DNA from: Thermoflexales bacterium
GTDB lineage: Bacteria > Chloroflexota > Anaerolineae > B4-G1 > DUEL01
Direction: 5' to 3'
NCBI GenBank assembly: GCA_014360895.1
Contig: JACIWQ010000002.1
Location: 6,629 to 70,628 of the forward strand
DNA: 64,000 bases
Below the pieces are notes generated by a model. That model searched no databases and was not told where the DNA came from. It worked only from the letters and a program-made list of their open reading frames with translations. Made by a program: the position numbers and the translations under genes. Positions 1-8,976 of this stretch are shown here, piece by piece (the first letter of the stretch is position 1; every line of letters starts with the position of its first letter).

Positions 1-351
1 GTAGAACTGGCACTGAATGCCCAGTTCGGAGAGACGAGGGGCCAGCGCCTGGGCCAGTTCGGCGTCGTCTATCAACAGGCGCAACGGTCGGCGCGGTCGC
101 CCAGCCCCGGGGGCCGGACGCGTCATCACCCCCACCAGGGTATCCAGGACCTGCTCCGGTGTTGGCCGGGCCTCCAAAGTGTGCATGCCCAGGAACTTGT
201 CGTTTTTCTGATCCACGAACATGATGATGTACGGACGATAGGGGGCCCGGTCCGGTGGTGTAATCCATACCCGCATCATGCGGACCGTTCCCTGCCAGGT
301 CTCATCCGTCTGGGGCAGTTTCAACGCTTTTTCAAAAGGGGACTTGCCCAT
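1..351 (-). CDS. Hypothetical protein, N-terminal part; the gene runs off the window edge
   Basis: Open minus-strand frame from ATG at 351 to position 1, preceded by a GGAGGGGGG RBS. It is not in the ORF track because it is truncated. No recognisable domain. Confidence 0.45.
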   Translation of the reverse strand, partial: MGKSPFEKALKLPQTDETWQGTVRMMRVWITPPDRAPYRPYIIMFVDQKNDKFLGMHTLEARPTPEQVLDTLVGVMTRPAPGAGRPRRPLRLLIDDAELAQALAPRLSELGIQCQFY

Positions 352-388
352 CACTCCCCCCTCCTGACCCGATGAATCCCGCGCCTTT

Positions 389-835
389 TCACCGGGAGCG
401 AACCAGAACCGTCCACGTCCCCTTCTGCACCACCTCGTCCCTTTGGTTCAGCACGACGGCGGAGATGGTCACGAAGCCACCACCCAGATGGGGCATCTCC
501 CGTTTCTGCGTCGCGACCATCTGTACCCGGATGGTATCGCCAATCCGAATCGGGGCCCGGAACTTCCAGTCCAGCCCGATAAATGCGACGGCCGTCCCCT
601 CCATCAGGCCGGTCTGCCAGGCCAGCCCGCTGGCGACGGAGAGCCCCAGCAGGCCATGGGCAATGCGCTCCCCGAACATCGTCGTCCGGGCGTACTCCGG
701 GTCCACATGCAACGGGTTGTTGTCGCCGGAGAGTTCGGCGAAGGTCAGAATGTCCGCCTCGGTGATGGTGCGCGGCGCCGTCTCTATCTCTTCGCCGATG
801 ACGAAGTCCTCAAAGTATCGTCCCCGGGGTTCCAT
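389..835 (-). CDS. MaoC-like (hotdog fold) dehydratase
   Basis: 148 aa with the MaoC/hotdog signature around ...NPLHVDPEYARTTMFGERIAHG... Confidence 0.75.
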   Translation of the reverse strand: MEPRGRYFEDFVIGEEIETAPRTITEADILTFAELSGDNNPLHVDPEYARTTMFGERIAHGLLGLSVASGLAWQTGLMEGTAVAFIGLDWKFRAPIRIGDTIRVQMVATQKREMPHLGGGFVTISAVVLNQRDEVVQKGTWTVLVRSR

Positions 836-1712
836 CGGATGCCTCCTGACTTGTATGATCCTCCATGACCGCCTTCAGGGCCCGGATGGCCACCTCCACC
901 ATCCCGTCCTCGGGCGGACGGGTGGTCAGCCGCTGCAGCGCCAGGTTGGGGCTCAGCAGCGGGCGCATCCAGGGCCGGTCGGCAAAGCGGGCACTGAATT
1001 GCATCCACTCGTAGGCCAGGCCCACAATGAGCGGGATGGCCAGTATCCGGCTGAGGGCCCGCCATATCAACGGCAACTGCCCCAGCGGAGCCAGGACCAG
1101 GACGGAGATGACCACCACGCTCAACAGAAAGGACGTGCCGCACCGGGGGTGAGCCGTGGAGTGAGCTTGAACAGCTTCCACCGTGAGCGGCACACCGGCC
1201 TCGTAGGCGTTGATGGTTTTGTGCTCTGCCCCGTGGTAGGCGAACACCCGGCGGATGTCGGGCAGGAACCCAACCCCCCAGATGTAGCTCACCACCAGGA
1301 GCAACCGGACCAGTCCCTCCAGCAGACTGTCTGCCAGAGGGGAAAGCGGCACAGGGAGCAGGCCCACCAGAAGGGACGGCAGCACCATGAAAAGGCCGAC
1401 GCCCAGGGCCAGGCCCAGCAGGCCGCTGACCCATCCCATTGCGCCGCTGAACGAGCTGGCTTTCCCCTCCTCGCCCAGGGCCACGTCGGCCGACCACATC
1501 AGTGCGCGGACGCCCAGCCCCAGCGCGTCCCAGAGCATGGTCAGCCCGCGCAGCAGGGGGATGCGGGGAATCGCCCCCCGGTAGATGGCCGACCGAAGCG
1601 GCTCGGTGCGGAGGACAATCTCCCCCTGGGGGTTGCGGACGGCCACCGCCACGCGGCGGGTGCTCCGCATCATCACCCCTTCAATGACGGCCTGCCCCCC
1701 GTAGCGCTCCAA
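810..1712 (-). CDS. DUF1385-family metal-dependent protein
   Basis: 300 aa with N-terminal YGGQAVIEGVMMR and a YHGAEHK motif, followed by hydrophobic segments typical of DUF1385. Confidence 0.7.
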   Translation of the reverse strand: MERYGGQAVIEGVMMRSTRRVAVAVRNPQGEIVLRTEPLRSAIYRGAIPRIPLLRGLTMLWDALGLGVRALMWSADVALGEEGKASSFSGAMGWVSGLLGLALGVGLFMVLPSLLVGLLPVPLSPLADSLLEGLVRLLLVVSYIWGVGFLPDIRRVFAYHGAEHKTINAYEAGVPLTVEAVQAHSTAHPRCGTSFLLSVVVISVLVLAPLGQLPLIWRALSRILAIPLIVGLAYEWMQFSARFADRPWMRPLLSPNLALQRLTTRPPEDGMVEVAIRALKAVMEDHTSQEASDGTPGTIL

Positions 1713-1716
1713 ACCC

Positions 1717-2817
1717 TCACTCCAGGTCGTATGCCACCCCCAGTTCGGCGGCGATGGCCCGCAGGTCGGCCGCGACTTTGGGGTTCAACGGGATGCCCTC
1801 CCGCTGCCGTCGCTCCGTCTCTTCGTACTCCTTCTCCCCGTGGATGTAGATTCGGGTGGCGCCCTCCGCTTTCGGGGCGTTCTTCAGCCGTCGCTGCAGG
1901 TCGTCCATCGCGGCCTTGAACTCGTCCAGAGGCCGGAATCCGTCCACCCGCCAGGCCCCGAAGAAATGGCCCAGGTTGGCCGGCAGGGGCTTCCCGTCCG
2001 GCGTCTTCGGGTAGACCAGGTCGGCGTAGGCGGCGCCGGAGAGGACCGCGCAGAAGACATCCACCCAGAGGGCCAGGCCGTACCCCTTGTGTCCGCTGAG
2101 CAGTTCCCCTTCGCCGCCCAGTGGGAGGAGGCCGCCGCCGGCCCGATTCTTGAAGTTCTCCAGCACCCGACCGGCGTCTTCGGTGGCGATGCCGCGCTCA
2201 TCGGTGGCCCATCCCAGGGGCATGGGCTTCCCCAGCCGGTGGTAGACCTCCAGTTTGCCCCGGGGGACGGTGCTGGTGGCCATGTCCAGGACGAAGGGGC
2301 GCTCTTCTCCGGCGGGCGCGGCGACGGCAATAGGGTTGGTCCCCAGCATCGCGTTGCGGCCGAAGGTCGGCACGACCAGGACGTCCGCGTTGGTCATGGA
2401 CATGCCGATGCAGTCGTGCTCCAGAGCCATCATGGCGTAGTATCCGGCGATGCCGTAGTGATTGGAGTTGCGCACGGCGACGAATCCCGCGCCCACTTCC
2501 AGGGCCTTGCGGATGGCCATCTGCATCGCCCGGTAGGAGACGGGTTGTCCTAACCCGGCCCCGGCGTCTATGAGGGCGGTGGCTGGCGTCTCGTGCACCA
2601 CCTTCTCCTGAGGACGGGCGATCATCATGCCGGTCTGCAATCCCTCCACGTACCGGCGCAGTCGGGCCACGCCGTGAGAGTCAATCCCGCGCAGGTCCGC
2701 CGCCACCAGCACGTCGGCGGTAATCCGGGCATCCTCCTCCGGCACATCCAGTTTTCGGAAGACCCGCTCGCAGAACGCCCTGAGGGGCTCCGCCCAGACG
2801 CGTATCGCTTCTGCCAT
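1717..2817 (-). CDS. Ldh_2-family (malate/L-lactate/sulfolactate dehydrogenase-like) oxidoreductase
   Basis: Ldh_2 family motifs (GIDSHGV, NSNHYG, SGHKGYG). The start was moved to the internal ATG at 2817, which has a GGAGGT RBS. Confidence 0.75.
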   Translation of the reverse strand: MAEAIRVWAEPLRAFCERVFRKLDVPEEDARITADVLVAADLRGIDSHGVARLRRYVEGLQTGMMIARPQEKVVHETPATALIDAGAGLGQPVSYRAMQMAIRKALEVGAGFVAVRNSNHYGIAGYYAMMALEHDCIGMSMTNADVLVVPTFGRNAMLGTNPIAVAAPAGEERPFVLDMATSTVPRGKLEVYHRLGKPMPLGWATDERGIATEDAGRVLENFKNRAGGGLLPLGGEGELLSGHKGYGLALWVDVFCAVLSGAAYADLVYPKTPDGKPLPANLGHFFGAWRVDGFRPLDEFKAAMDDLQRRLKNAPKAEGATRIYIHGEKEYEETERRQREGIPLNPKVAADLRAIAAELGVAYDLE

Positions 2818-2819
2818 CT

Positions 2820-3290
2820 CTACCTCCGTTGGGGTTTGAGAATATCTACCAGCGGTGTTCCGCACCTGTACAAACGTATGGGATACTCCTTGCCTTTGAA
2901 AGAAATTCTCCGATTCCGTAAGTCTACGAGGTCCTGGGTATGGATCCGCTTGTACAAAATTACCGGCGTCAAATGGGCTACCTCAAGCGCAAACCTCCAG
3001 TCATTGGCGAGAACGTCAGCGGTGGCATGGAATTTCTTCACAATATCGCCGGTTTTTACCGTGCGGCTTTTCATTTCCACCACTACCCACCGGGGCCCAA
3101 CCGAATCCAGAATGACATAGTCCGGACGCTTCTCTTGCGGCGGAAAAGCCGCGCAGTTATCCGCGTCCACACAGACAAATCGGTATGGTTCCCCAACGGG
3201 CAGATCGCAGCCTTCTTTAGAGCACCGCGATACCAGACAGGGCGGGTTGCAATCCCGGTGAAGGCTCCGGAATTCGTCGGCGAGGCTCAT
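2820..3290 (-). CDS. Hypothetical small protein with an N-terminal Cys cluster (C-x3-C-x4-C-x4-C) and a PD-(D/E)xK-like core (ILD...VVVEMK); candidate nuclease partner of the upstream ATPase
   Basis: 156 aa ORF directly downstream of the ATPase gene, with a 12-nt gap. It lies in an AT-richer island. The nuclease assignment is inferred from motifs only. Confidence 0.5.
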   Translation of the reverse strand: MSLADEFRSLHRDCNPPCLVSRCSKEGCDLPVGEPYRFVCVDADNCAAFPPQEKRPDYVILDSVGPRWVVVEMKSRTVKTGDIVKKFHATADVLANDWRFALEVAHLTPVILYKRIHTQDLVDLRNRRISFKGKEYPIRLYRCGTPLVDILKPQRR

Positions 3291-3302
3291 CGGGGTGCTC
3301 CG

Positions 3303-4694
3303 CTATTCAGACTCTATCAGATCCAAGAGGCTATACGTCTGACTTCCAATGGCTTCCGCCACGCGGACAAATTCGTCTTCCGGGATGCCGAAGCCAGGTT
3401 CCGGAATAACTGGCTCAATGACCGAGCCGTCGCCCTCCATCCGGAAGAGATAGACACCGACCTCACCATAGCCCAGGCGGTCCCACTCCGGGTCAAAGCC
3501 CTCCGGCCGATGGCCCTTCTCCAGAGCCTCTCCCAGAAGCAAGTGGTTGCTAATCTGGTGAAGGATAATGTCGCTGTGGGTCGTACAAAGCACCCGCACG
3601 CCACACCGGACCAGCCGCACCATCAGGGTGGCAATGCGGCGCTGGTTCTCCGGATGGAGGTGGGCCTCCGGCTCTTCTATGATGAGCCAGTCGCCTCTGC
3701 GAAGAAGTCCTTTACGTAACCAGAGGTCTATCGGCGCCAATTCGGCCAAGCCGGAAGAAACGGCTGATAGAGGAATTCGCAGGCCCTGCTGGAAAACCAA
3801 AAGTTGTGGGTCTTCAGGAGACAACCAGTCCACGTATCCCTGCAAAATTTCTTCTAAAAGGGTCGTCACCGCCGTATCCTTTATCGGTTGCCAAACCCAG
3901 CGAGGGCCTCCCTCCAAAAGCGCCAAAAGAAAATCCCCTGCTACTCCAGTATAAGGAGTCGCTTGTATGGGCCTAATACCGATTTCTCGCCGGACCCAAC
4001 GGATAGCCATCGCCGCCAAAACTCTCCAGCCTTGCAGCAATCCAGCACGCGCGGCGGGAAAGTAGTAAATGCGCTCTGGCAACCCTAAAGAGTTCTGAAA
4101 GGCCCAGATGAGGTCCTCAGGGGTCAACTGTAAAGGGCGTCCGCGACGAGGCTTCGGAAGGCCGTAGAATTCCAGCGAAAGCCGATCAAAGCCACCCCAT
4201 TCCCATGACCACCCGCGTCCCTTTAACCAACCGCCTTGCACAACGAAGGGGGCTCTTTTTTCTTGTTCCCATCTAAACCCGATCTGGAGGTAATCCCCAC
4301 CCCGGCGCACCAGAGGCTCTATGGAATCCTGGCCAAAGTAATTGGGAATCTGATTCTCAAGCGAGGAGACGATTTGCCCGATGAATTGGGAAAGTTTCTC
4401 CCGAAAGGCCTCCTGCCCTGCTTCAGACAACATATCAGGCACAATTATTACCGGTTCAGTAGCGCTCTTACTGAGAGGCGATTTTGTAAGTAACCACAAC
4501 AGGTCCCAGATGTTTTCCCAACCTCTTACTTCCAGGGCCTTTATAAATAAATATGCCAGCGTCGCCGCGTACGTCTTCCCACTGCCGTTGGGACCGATGA
4601 AAACCGTCAGCGGGGCGAGGTCAAAACTCCCCTCTCGGATGGGACCGAAATCCTTCATCCAACATTGAATCCGAGGCCAGGTTTGCTCTTTCAT
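3303..4694 (-). CDS. ABC-type (AAA_15/AAA_21-like) ATPase, as found in Septu/PARIS/OLD-type defense systems
   Basis: Walker A FIGPNGSGKTY, Q-loop-like YYFPAAR, signature-like SSGLAE, Walker B WLIIEEPEAHLHP and H-loop TTHS. The start was moved to the ATG at 4694, which has a GAGGAG RBS. The longer ORF-track start would overlap the chelatase gene by about 120 nt. Confidence 0.7.
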   Translation of the reverse strand: MKEQTWPRIQCWMKDFGPIREGSFDLAPLTVFIGPNGSGKTYAATLAYLFIKALEVRGWENIWDLLWLLTKSPLSKSATEPVIIVPDMLSEAGQEAFREKLSQFIGQIVSSLENQIPNYFGQDSIEPLVRRGGDYLQIGFRWEQEKRAPFVVQGGWLKGRGWSWEWGGFDRLSLEFYGLPKPRRGRPLQLTPEDLIWAFQNSLGLPERIYYFPAARAGLLQGWRVLAAMAIRWVRREIGIRPIQATPYTGVAGDFLLALLEGGPRWVWQPIKDTAVTTLLEEILQGYVDWLSPEDPQLLVFQQGLRIPLSAVSSGLAELAPIDLWLRKGLLRRGDWLIIEEPEAHLHPENQRRIATLMVRLVRCGVRVLCTTHSDIILHQISNHLLLGEALEKGHRPEGFDPEWDRLGYGEVGVYLFRMEGDGSVIEPVIPEPGFGIPEDEFVRVAEAIGSQTYSLLDLIESE

Positions 4695-4740
4695 CTGTTT
4701 CTCCTCGCCGTCAACAGACCTTGTCAGGAATAACGCTGGG

Positions 4741-4840
4741 AAGTAGGACCGGAGGAAAATCCGCGCCTGTCCGCGTTCATCCGCGTCCGATTCCCGATGA
4801 GTCAATGAGCAGGCCTGGCGGCCTGCGCTACAATTGAACG
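4741..4840. repeat. Repeat family C copy (AAAATCYGCGC..GTCCGCGTTCATCCGCGTCC...GGCCTGGCGGCCTGCGCTAC)
   Basis: About 90-bp element, near-identical to the two tandem copies at 13112-13296. Confidence 0.6.
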
Positions 4841-6894
4841 TCCAGTTCCCGCCGCACTCGCTCCGCCAGCGCGTCGGCTCGCAGTTCCTCCAGCCGGTAG
4901 CAAGGGGCCTGGAGGTGCTCCGCCAGCGCCTGGGCCAGTCCCTGGTCAAAGGATTCGTGTTCCATGTTGATGACCACCGACCGGATGTGAGCCTGGGGGA
5001 AGAGTTCCGCGATGCGGTGGGCCTCCTCCTGGGGCGGCAGGTCGCTCATGGAGACGTTGCCGGCCCCGTCGGTGAGGAGCACCATCAGGGGCATCAGGTC
5101 GGGATGCTGACGGAGTTCGCGGGTGATGACTTCGTAGGCCAGGTTGAGCCCGGCGGAGAGGGGAGTTTTGCCCCCCACCGGGACGTCCTGAAGCGCTTTC
5201 TGGGCCCGGGTCACGCTACGGGTGGGCGGCAATACCACCCGGGCGCCGTTCTTCTGGAAGATGACCACGCCCACCCGGTCGCGGCGCTGGTAGGCATCGG
5301 TGAGCAGCGACATCACGGCCCCTTTGGTCGCCTCCATCCGCTCGGCGACCGCCATAGACCAGGACGCGTCCACCACGAAGAGGATGAGGTTGGCCATGCG
5401 GCGGACGCGCACTTTGCGGTGGTAGTCTTCCGGGCGGATGACCAGGGCGGGTCCACCGGGCCGACGACGACGGCTCTGGTGGGGCGCGGCGGCCCGCAGC
5501 GTGGCGTCAAAGGCCAGGTCGTCGGGATTGTCGGGGGAGGGGCGAGCTTGGATGTAGCGCCCGCGCCGCTGGTCGGTGCGGGTAGTGCTGCGCCGACCGG
5601 TCCCGGAGCGGGTCAGCCGGTCCAGGGGAGTATCCAGTCGTCGGGGAGTGAAGGACTCGCCGGTGGCAATTTTCTTTCCCCCTTCCCACCACTGCCCCTC
5701 GGAGGGCCACTGGGGAATGTGCTGGAAGACGGGTTCGCGCGGCCGCTCCCGTCCCTCAGAGGAGGGCATCTCCCCCGTCTCAACCTCTACGTGCGTTTTT
5801 TTTTCCTCCGGGAGGACCTCTTTGTCAACCACCTCCTCTGCCAGCGACGGCTCCTTTTGGGCCACCTGGACGCGGGCCTCGGCCAGCCGTTCCCCCAGAT
5901 TGTCCAGCGTCGCCTCTACCGGCTGGAGGGGGTGGCGACGGAGGCGGTGGGGCAGGGCCAGTTCGGCGGCCAGGAGGATGTCCCGGTCGGTGATGCGGGT
6001 GCGGCCTTCAAAGGCCGCGTTGGCCCGGGCCGTCTTCAGGATGACCATGTCGGGCCGGTGGCCGTCCACCCGCATCTCGGCCATCATCGCGGCGATGACG
6101 GCCAGGTCGCCCCGGGTGTGGCGCACCTGAGGCAGGAGTTGGCGGGCGCGGGCGATCTCCCGGGAAAGGGCCTCTTCGCGCGGCAACCATTCGGCGTAGA
6201 ACCCCTCGGGGTCGCTCTCAAAGGCCAGGTTGCGCTCCATAATGAGCATCCGCGCCGCCGGGTCGTGGACGCTGCGGATGTCCACGCAGAGGGCGAAGCG
6301 GTCCAGGAGTTGGGGGCGCAGGTCCCCTTCCTCCGGGTTCATCGTCCCGATGAGGATAAAGCGGGCCGGGTGGCTGAAGGAGATGCCCTCCCGCTCCACC
6401 ACGTTGACCCCCATCGCGGCCGCGTCCAGCAGGATGTCCACCACGTGGTCATCCAGCAGGTTGACCTCGTCCACGTAGAGGACGCCCCGGTTGGCGGCGG
6501 CCAGCACGCCCGGCTCAAAGTGGCGCTCCCCCTTCTGGATGGCCCGTTCAATATCCAGCGTGCCCACCACCCGGTCCTCCGTCGCGCTGACGGGGAGGTC
6601 CACAAATCGGGTACGGCGGCGGGCCCGGGGGAGTTCCTCCCCGGCCGCCGCCCGCTCTTTGCAGAGCGTGCACCAGGTGGCGGGCTGGTCGGGGTCGCAG
6701 GAGAACGGGCAATCGGCCACGACCTCTATCTCCGGCAACAGCGCAGCCAGGGCGCGGGCAGCGGTGGACTTGCCCGTCCCGCGTTCGCCGCGAATCAAGA
6801 CCCCTCCAATCTGGGGGTAGACGGCGTTCAGGACAAGCGCCCGGCGCATCAGGTCCTGGTTAACGATGGCAGTGAACGGAAAAATGGGCGGCAT
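4828..6894 (-). CDS. Mg-chelatase-like ChlI/ChlD fusion protein (AAA+ ATPase plus C-terminal vWA domain)
   Basis: N-terminus FPFTAIVNQDLMRRALVLNAVYPQIGGVLIRGERGTGKST matches the ChlI/BchI family. The C-terminal vWA domain carries DASWSM and a metal-ion-dependent adhesion site-like sequence. Confidence 0.8.
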   Translation of the reverse strand: MPPIFPFTAIVNQDLMRRALVLNAVYPQIGGVLIRGERGTGKSTAARALAALLPEIEVVADCPFSCDPDQPATWCTLCKERAAAGEELPRARRRTRFVDLPVSATEDRVVGTLDIERAIQKGERHFEPGVLAAANRGVLYVDEVNLLDDHVVDILLDAAAMGVNVVEREGISFSHPARFILIGTMNPEEGDLRPQLLDRFALCVDIRSVHDPAARMLIMERNLAFESDPEGFYAEWLPREEALSREIARARQLLPQVRHTRGDLAVIAAMMAEMRVDGHRPDMVILKTARANAAFEGRTRITDRDILLAAELALPHRLRRHPLQPVEATLDNLGERLAEARVQVAQKEPSLAEEVVDKEVLPEEKKTHVEVETGEMPSSEGRERPREPVFQHIPQWPSEGQWWEGGKKIATGESFTPRRLDTPLDRLTRSGTGRRSTTRTDQRRGRYIQARPSPDNPDDLAFDATLRAAAPHQSRRRRPGGPALVIRPEDYHRKVRVRRMANLILFVVDASWSMAVAERMEATKGAVMSLLTDAYQRRDRVGVVIFQKNGARVVLPPTRSVTRAQKALQDVPVGGKTPLSAGLNLAYEVITRELRQHPDLMPLMVLLTDGAGNVSMSDLPPQEEAHRIAELFPQAHIRSVVINMEHESFDQGLAQALAEHLQAPCYRLEELRADALAERVRRELDVQL

Positions 6895-6924
6895 AATCTT
6901 CCCTCAACCCACACGATTCATTCC

Positions 6925-6956
6925 AATTATACCGCGCTCTGGGAAAATGGGAAACG
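6925..6956 (-). promoter_or_regulatory. Candidate sigma70-type promoter of the chelatase gene (TTTCCC ... TATAAT)
   Basis: The minus-strand sequence GTTTCCCATTTTCCCAGAGCGCGGTATAATT lies about 35 nt upstream of the ATG. It resembles the TA-module promoters at 52212 and 53641. Confidence 0.3.
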
Positions 6957-7023
6957 GTGAGACTGCCCATCCGGAACGGGGGAGGGAGACAGGCAGCGGG
7001 AAGCTCCGTTGCCCACCCCTATA

Positions 7024-8232
7024 TCATCGGAGGGGGCGCCAGCGGAGCGCGGCGTCGTACATAGCCACGATGTTAGCGGGCGGAATATCGTGCTGGAGGT
7101 CGTGGATCGGGGCAAAGACGTAACCGCCCCCCGGTGCGAAGATGGAGAGGCGGTAGTGCACATCCGCCTCCACCTCCTCCGGGCTGGCCCAGGGGAGCAA
7201 TCCCTGGACGTCGCATCCGCCGCCCCAAAAGACCAGCCGGTCGCCGAATTCCCGTTTGAGCCTCTCCGGATCCATCCTCGCCGCCGAGGTCTGTACCGGA
7301 TTGAGGATGTCTACGCCGGCCTCTATCAGGTAGGGGATCAGTTCGTAGACCGAACCGCAACTGTGGAGAAAGACGCGAGCGCGCGTACGGGTATGGACCA
7401 GTTCGTACAACTCCCGGTGATAGGGCTGGAACAGGCGCCGATAGACTTCCGGGGGAATCTGTAACCCCTGCTGAGTCCCGAAATCGTCCCCAAAGCCCAC
7501 CACGTCCACATACTCCCCCACCGCATCCAGGTATTGCTCCAGGTTCTCGCGCGTGGCCCGGGCCAGTTTCGCCACCAGAGCGGCGGCGAAATCCGGGTTC
7601 CGCTTCAGGTCTATCAGCCAGCGGACCCACCCCCGGGCAAACTGGGCGCCCTCAAAGAGGCTCCCCCCGAACCAGCCGACGATGGCGTATTCCGTCTCCT
7701 CGTAGAGACGACGGGCGGCCCGGTGCAGGAAGTCCAGTTCCTCTTCGGAGATGCGGGGCGGCTCCCAACGCTCCAGGTCGGCGATGGTGGCGTTGGCTAA
7801 GGGAGCGTCGCGGGGCACGAAGTGATACGTCCCGGCGGCCATCCGGTGGGAGATGGAGCCGTCGGCGGAGCGGATGAGCAGGTCGCCCTGAGGGGTGACC
7901 TCCGGCTCAAAGTCGGCGGAAATGAGGGCCGGGGAGCCGTCGGGAAGTCGCCAGGGCTTCCAGCGGGTGTTGCGGACACCTGGGATGGGCTCAAAGACGG
8001 GCAGGCCAATTGTGTCCACCCCGAAGCGGCGGCGGACCGGCTCCTCCACTTCGGCCAATTGGAGGAGAATGTCGGCCACGCGCACGGGTTCTCCGTCCAA
8101 CCCCAGGTACTGCTTCAGGCGCGCGTAGGCAACGGCGCTGATCCCGGTGACGGGTGTCCCGCCCAGGTCTACGGGCACCCGGTCGGGTTCGCGGTGGGAA
8201 AGCGCCGCACGCACACGCTCACGGGAGTTCAT
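7024..8232 (-). CDS. Uroporphyrinogen decarboxylase (URO-D)/MtaA-family protein
   Basis: URO-D family. The start was moved to the internal ATG at 8232 (MNSRERVRAALSHREPDRVPVD), which has a GGAGG RBS. Confidence 0.7.
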   Translation of the reverse strand: MNSRERVRAALSHREPDRVPVDLGGTPVTGISAVAYARLKQYLGLDGEPVRVADILLQLAEVEEPVRRRFGVDTIGLPVFEPIPGVRNTRWKPWRLPDGSPALISADFEPEVTPQGDLLIRSADGSISHRMAAGTYHFVPRDAPLANATIADLERWEPPRISEEELDFLHRAARRLYEETEYAIVGWFGGSLFEGAQFARGWVRWLIDLKRNPDFAAALVAKLARATRENLEQYLDAVGEYVDVVGFGDDFGTQQGLQIPPEVYRRLFQPYHRELYELVHTRTRARVFLHSCGSVYELIPYLIEAGVDILNPVQTSAARMDPERLKREFGDRLVFWGGGCDVQGLLPWASPEEVEADVHYRLSIFAPGGGYVFAPIHDLQHDIPPANIVAMYDAALRWRPLR

Positions 8233-8345
8233 GGCGAGAGGACCTCCGGCTCGGTGAATAAGGACAAAGGCTTTGGCAAAAGTGTACCACGAACGATGAA
8301 GTGCCGCAACCCTTTCTGCCGGTGAGGGGACGATGGGGGGCCAAA

Positions 8346-8640
8346 CATATCGGGTCTGCGCCACCGCAGCATAGGCCGCCAGGCTGGTCTGGGTATAGAC
8401 GAACAGCCCGCGCTACGGCATAAGGTCATTGCGAGGGCACGGAGTGCCCGAAGGGTCATTGCGAGGGCGCGCAGCGCCCGAGGCAATCCCCAGAAGCGAC
8501 GGGGGGATTGCTTCGCTGCCCTGACGGGCGGCTCGCAATGACGTAAGGTGACGGTCACCTTCAGTGACTGTCACCTTGTTCGCCCCTTCGGGCTCGCAAT
8601 GACCTTTGCGAAGGGGTTTGTGGGGAGCGCACCGGCCCCT
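8346..8640. repeat. Composite repeat: family D unit, then palindromic family A elements (GGTCATTGCGAG...CTCGCAATGACC) with an embedded family B palindrome (GGTGACGGTCACC/AGTGACTGTCACC)
   Basis: The same units recur at 15968, 16750, 19867, 45758-45872 and 62788. ORFs in the track here are spurious. Confidence 0.7.
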
Positions 8641-8680
8641 TCCCGACGAGAATAGGACACGCCCGCGATGGAGAGCGCGC

Positions 8681-8709
8681 TTGACCGCTTTCCCCCTCTG
8701 CGGTATAAT
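8681..8709 (+). promoter_or_regulatory. Candidate sigma70 promoter of rpmH: TTGACC, 17-nt spacer, TATAAT
   Basis: Canonical -35/-10 hexamers with a 17-nt spacer, about 65 nt upstream of the rpmH ATG. Confidence 0.4.
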
Positions 8710-8775
8710 GAACCCGCTTCTCCGCCGGGGAGCCATCGTGCGGAGATTCAATTTTGTATAGGGGATGTATGCAGA

Positions 8776-8976
8776 ATGCCGAAGCGAACGTATCAGCCCA
8801 AAAAACGAAAGCGAATGCGGACGCACGGCTTCCGCGCCCGGATGGCCACGGCGACCGGCCGTCGGGTGCTGAAGGCCCGACGGCTCAAAGGACGCCATCA
8901 GTTGACCGTCCAGCGCGAGTGGGCCAAGAAGTGGAACTGGAAGGAGAGTGCCCGCCGGCCCCGGCGCCGGGCGTAG
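8776..8976 (+). CDS. rpmH: 50S ribosomal protein L34, with an unusual C-terminal extension of about 20 aa
   Basis: [45 protein letters not shown] matches L34. The ORF continues to the stop at 8976. Confidence 0.8.
   Translation: MPKRTYQPKKRKRMRTHGFRARMATATGRRVLKARRLKGRHQLTVQREWAKKWNWKESARRPRRRA

Noticed and set aside
372-1919. 515-aa plus-strand ORF and other long antisense ORFs (4834-6960 +, 9703-11787 -, 16553-18370 +, 18371-19519 +, 20446-21636 +, 20600-21883 +, 22550-24802 +, 27493-29481 +, 35922-37292 -, 56469-57875 -)
   Set aside because: They lie opposite or overlap well-supported genes. Their products are low-complexity Arg/Gly/Pro-rich without domains. These are typical open frames in high-GC DNA.
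3303-4949. ORF-track version of the ATPase gene starting at 4949
   Set aside because: That start would overlap the chelatase gene by about 120 nt, and its N-terminal 85 residues are low-complexity. The internal ATG at 4694 has a strong RBS and precedes the Walker A region appropriately.
6895-7023. Possible cobalamin riboswitch upstream of the chelatase gene
   Set aside because: The GGGAAA/GGTGA-like fragments lie on the plus strand with no downstream plus-strand gene. The B12-box consensus is not matched. The minus strand shows a plain promoter-plus-RBS layout.
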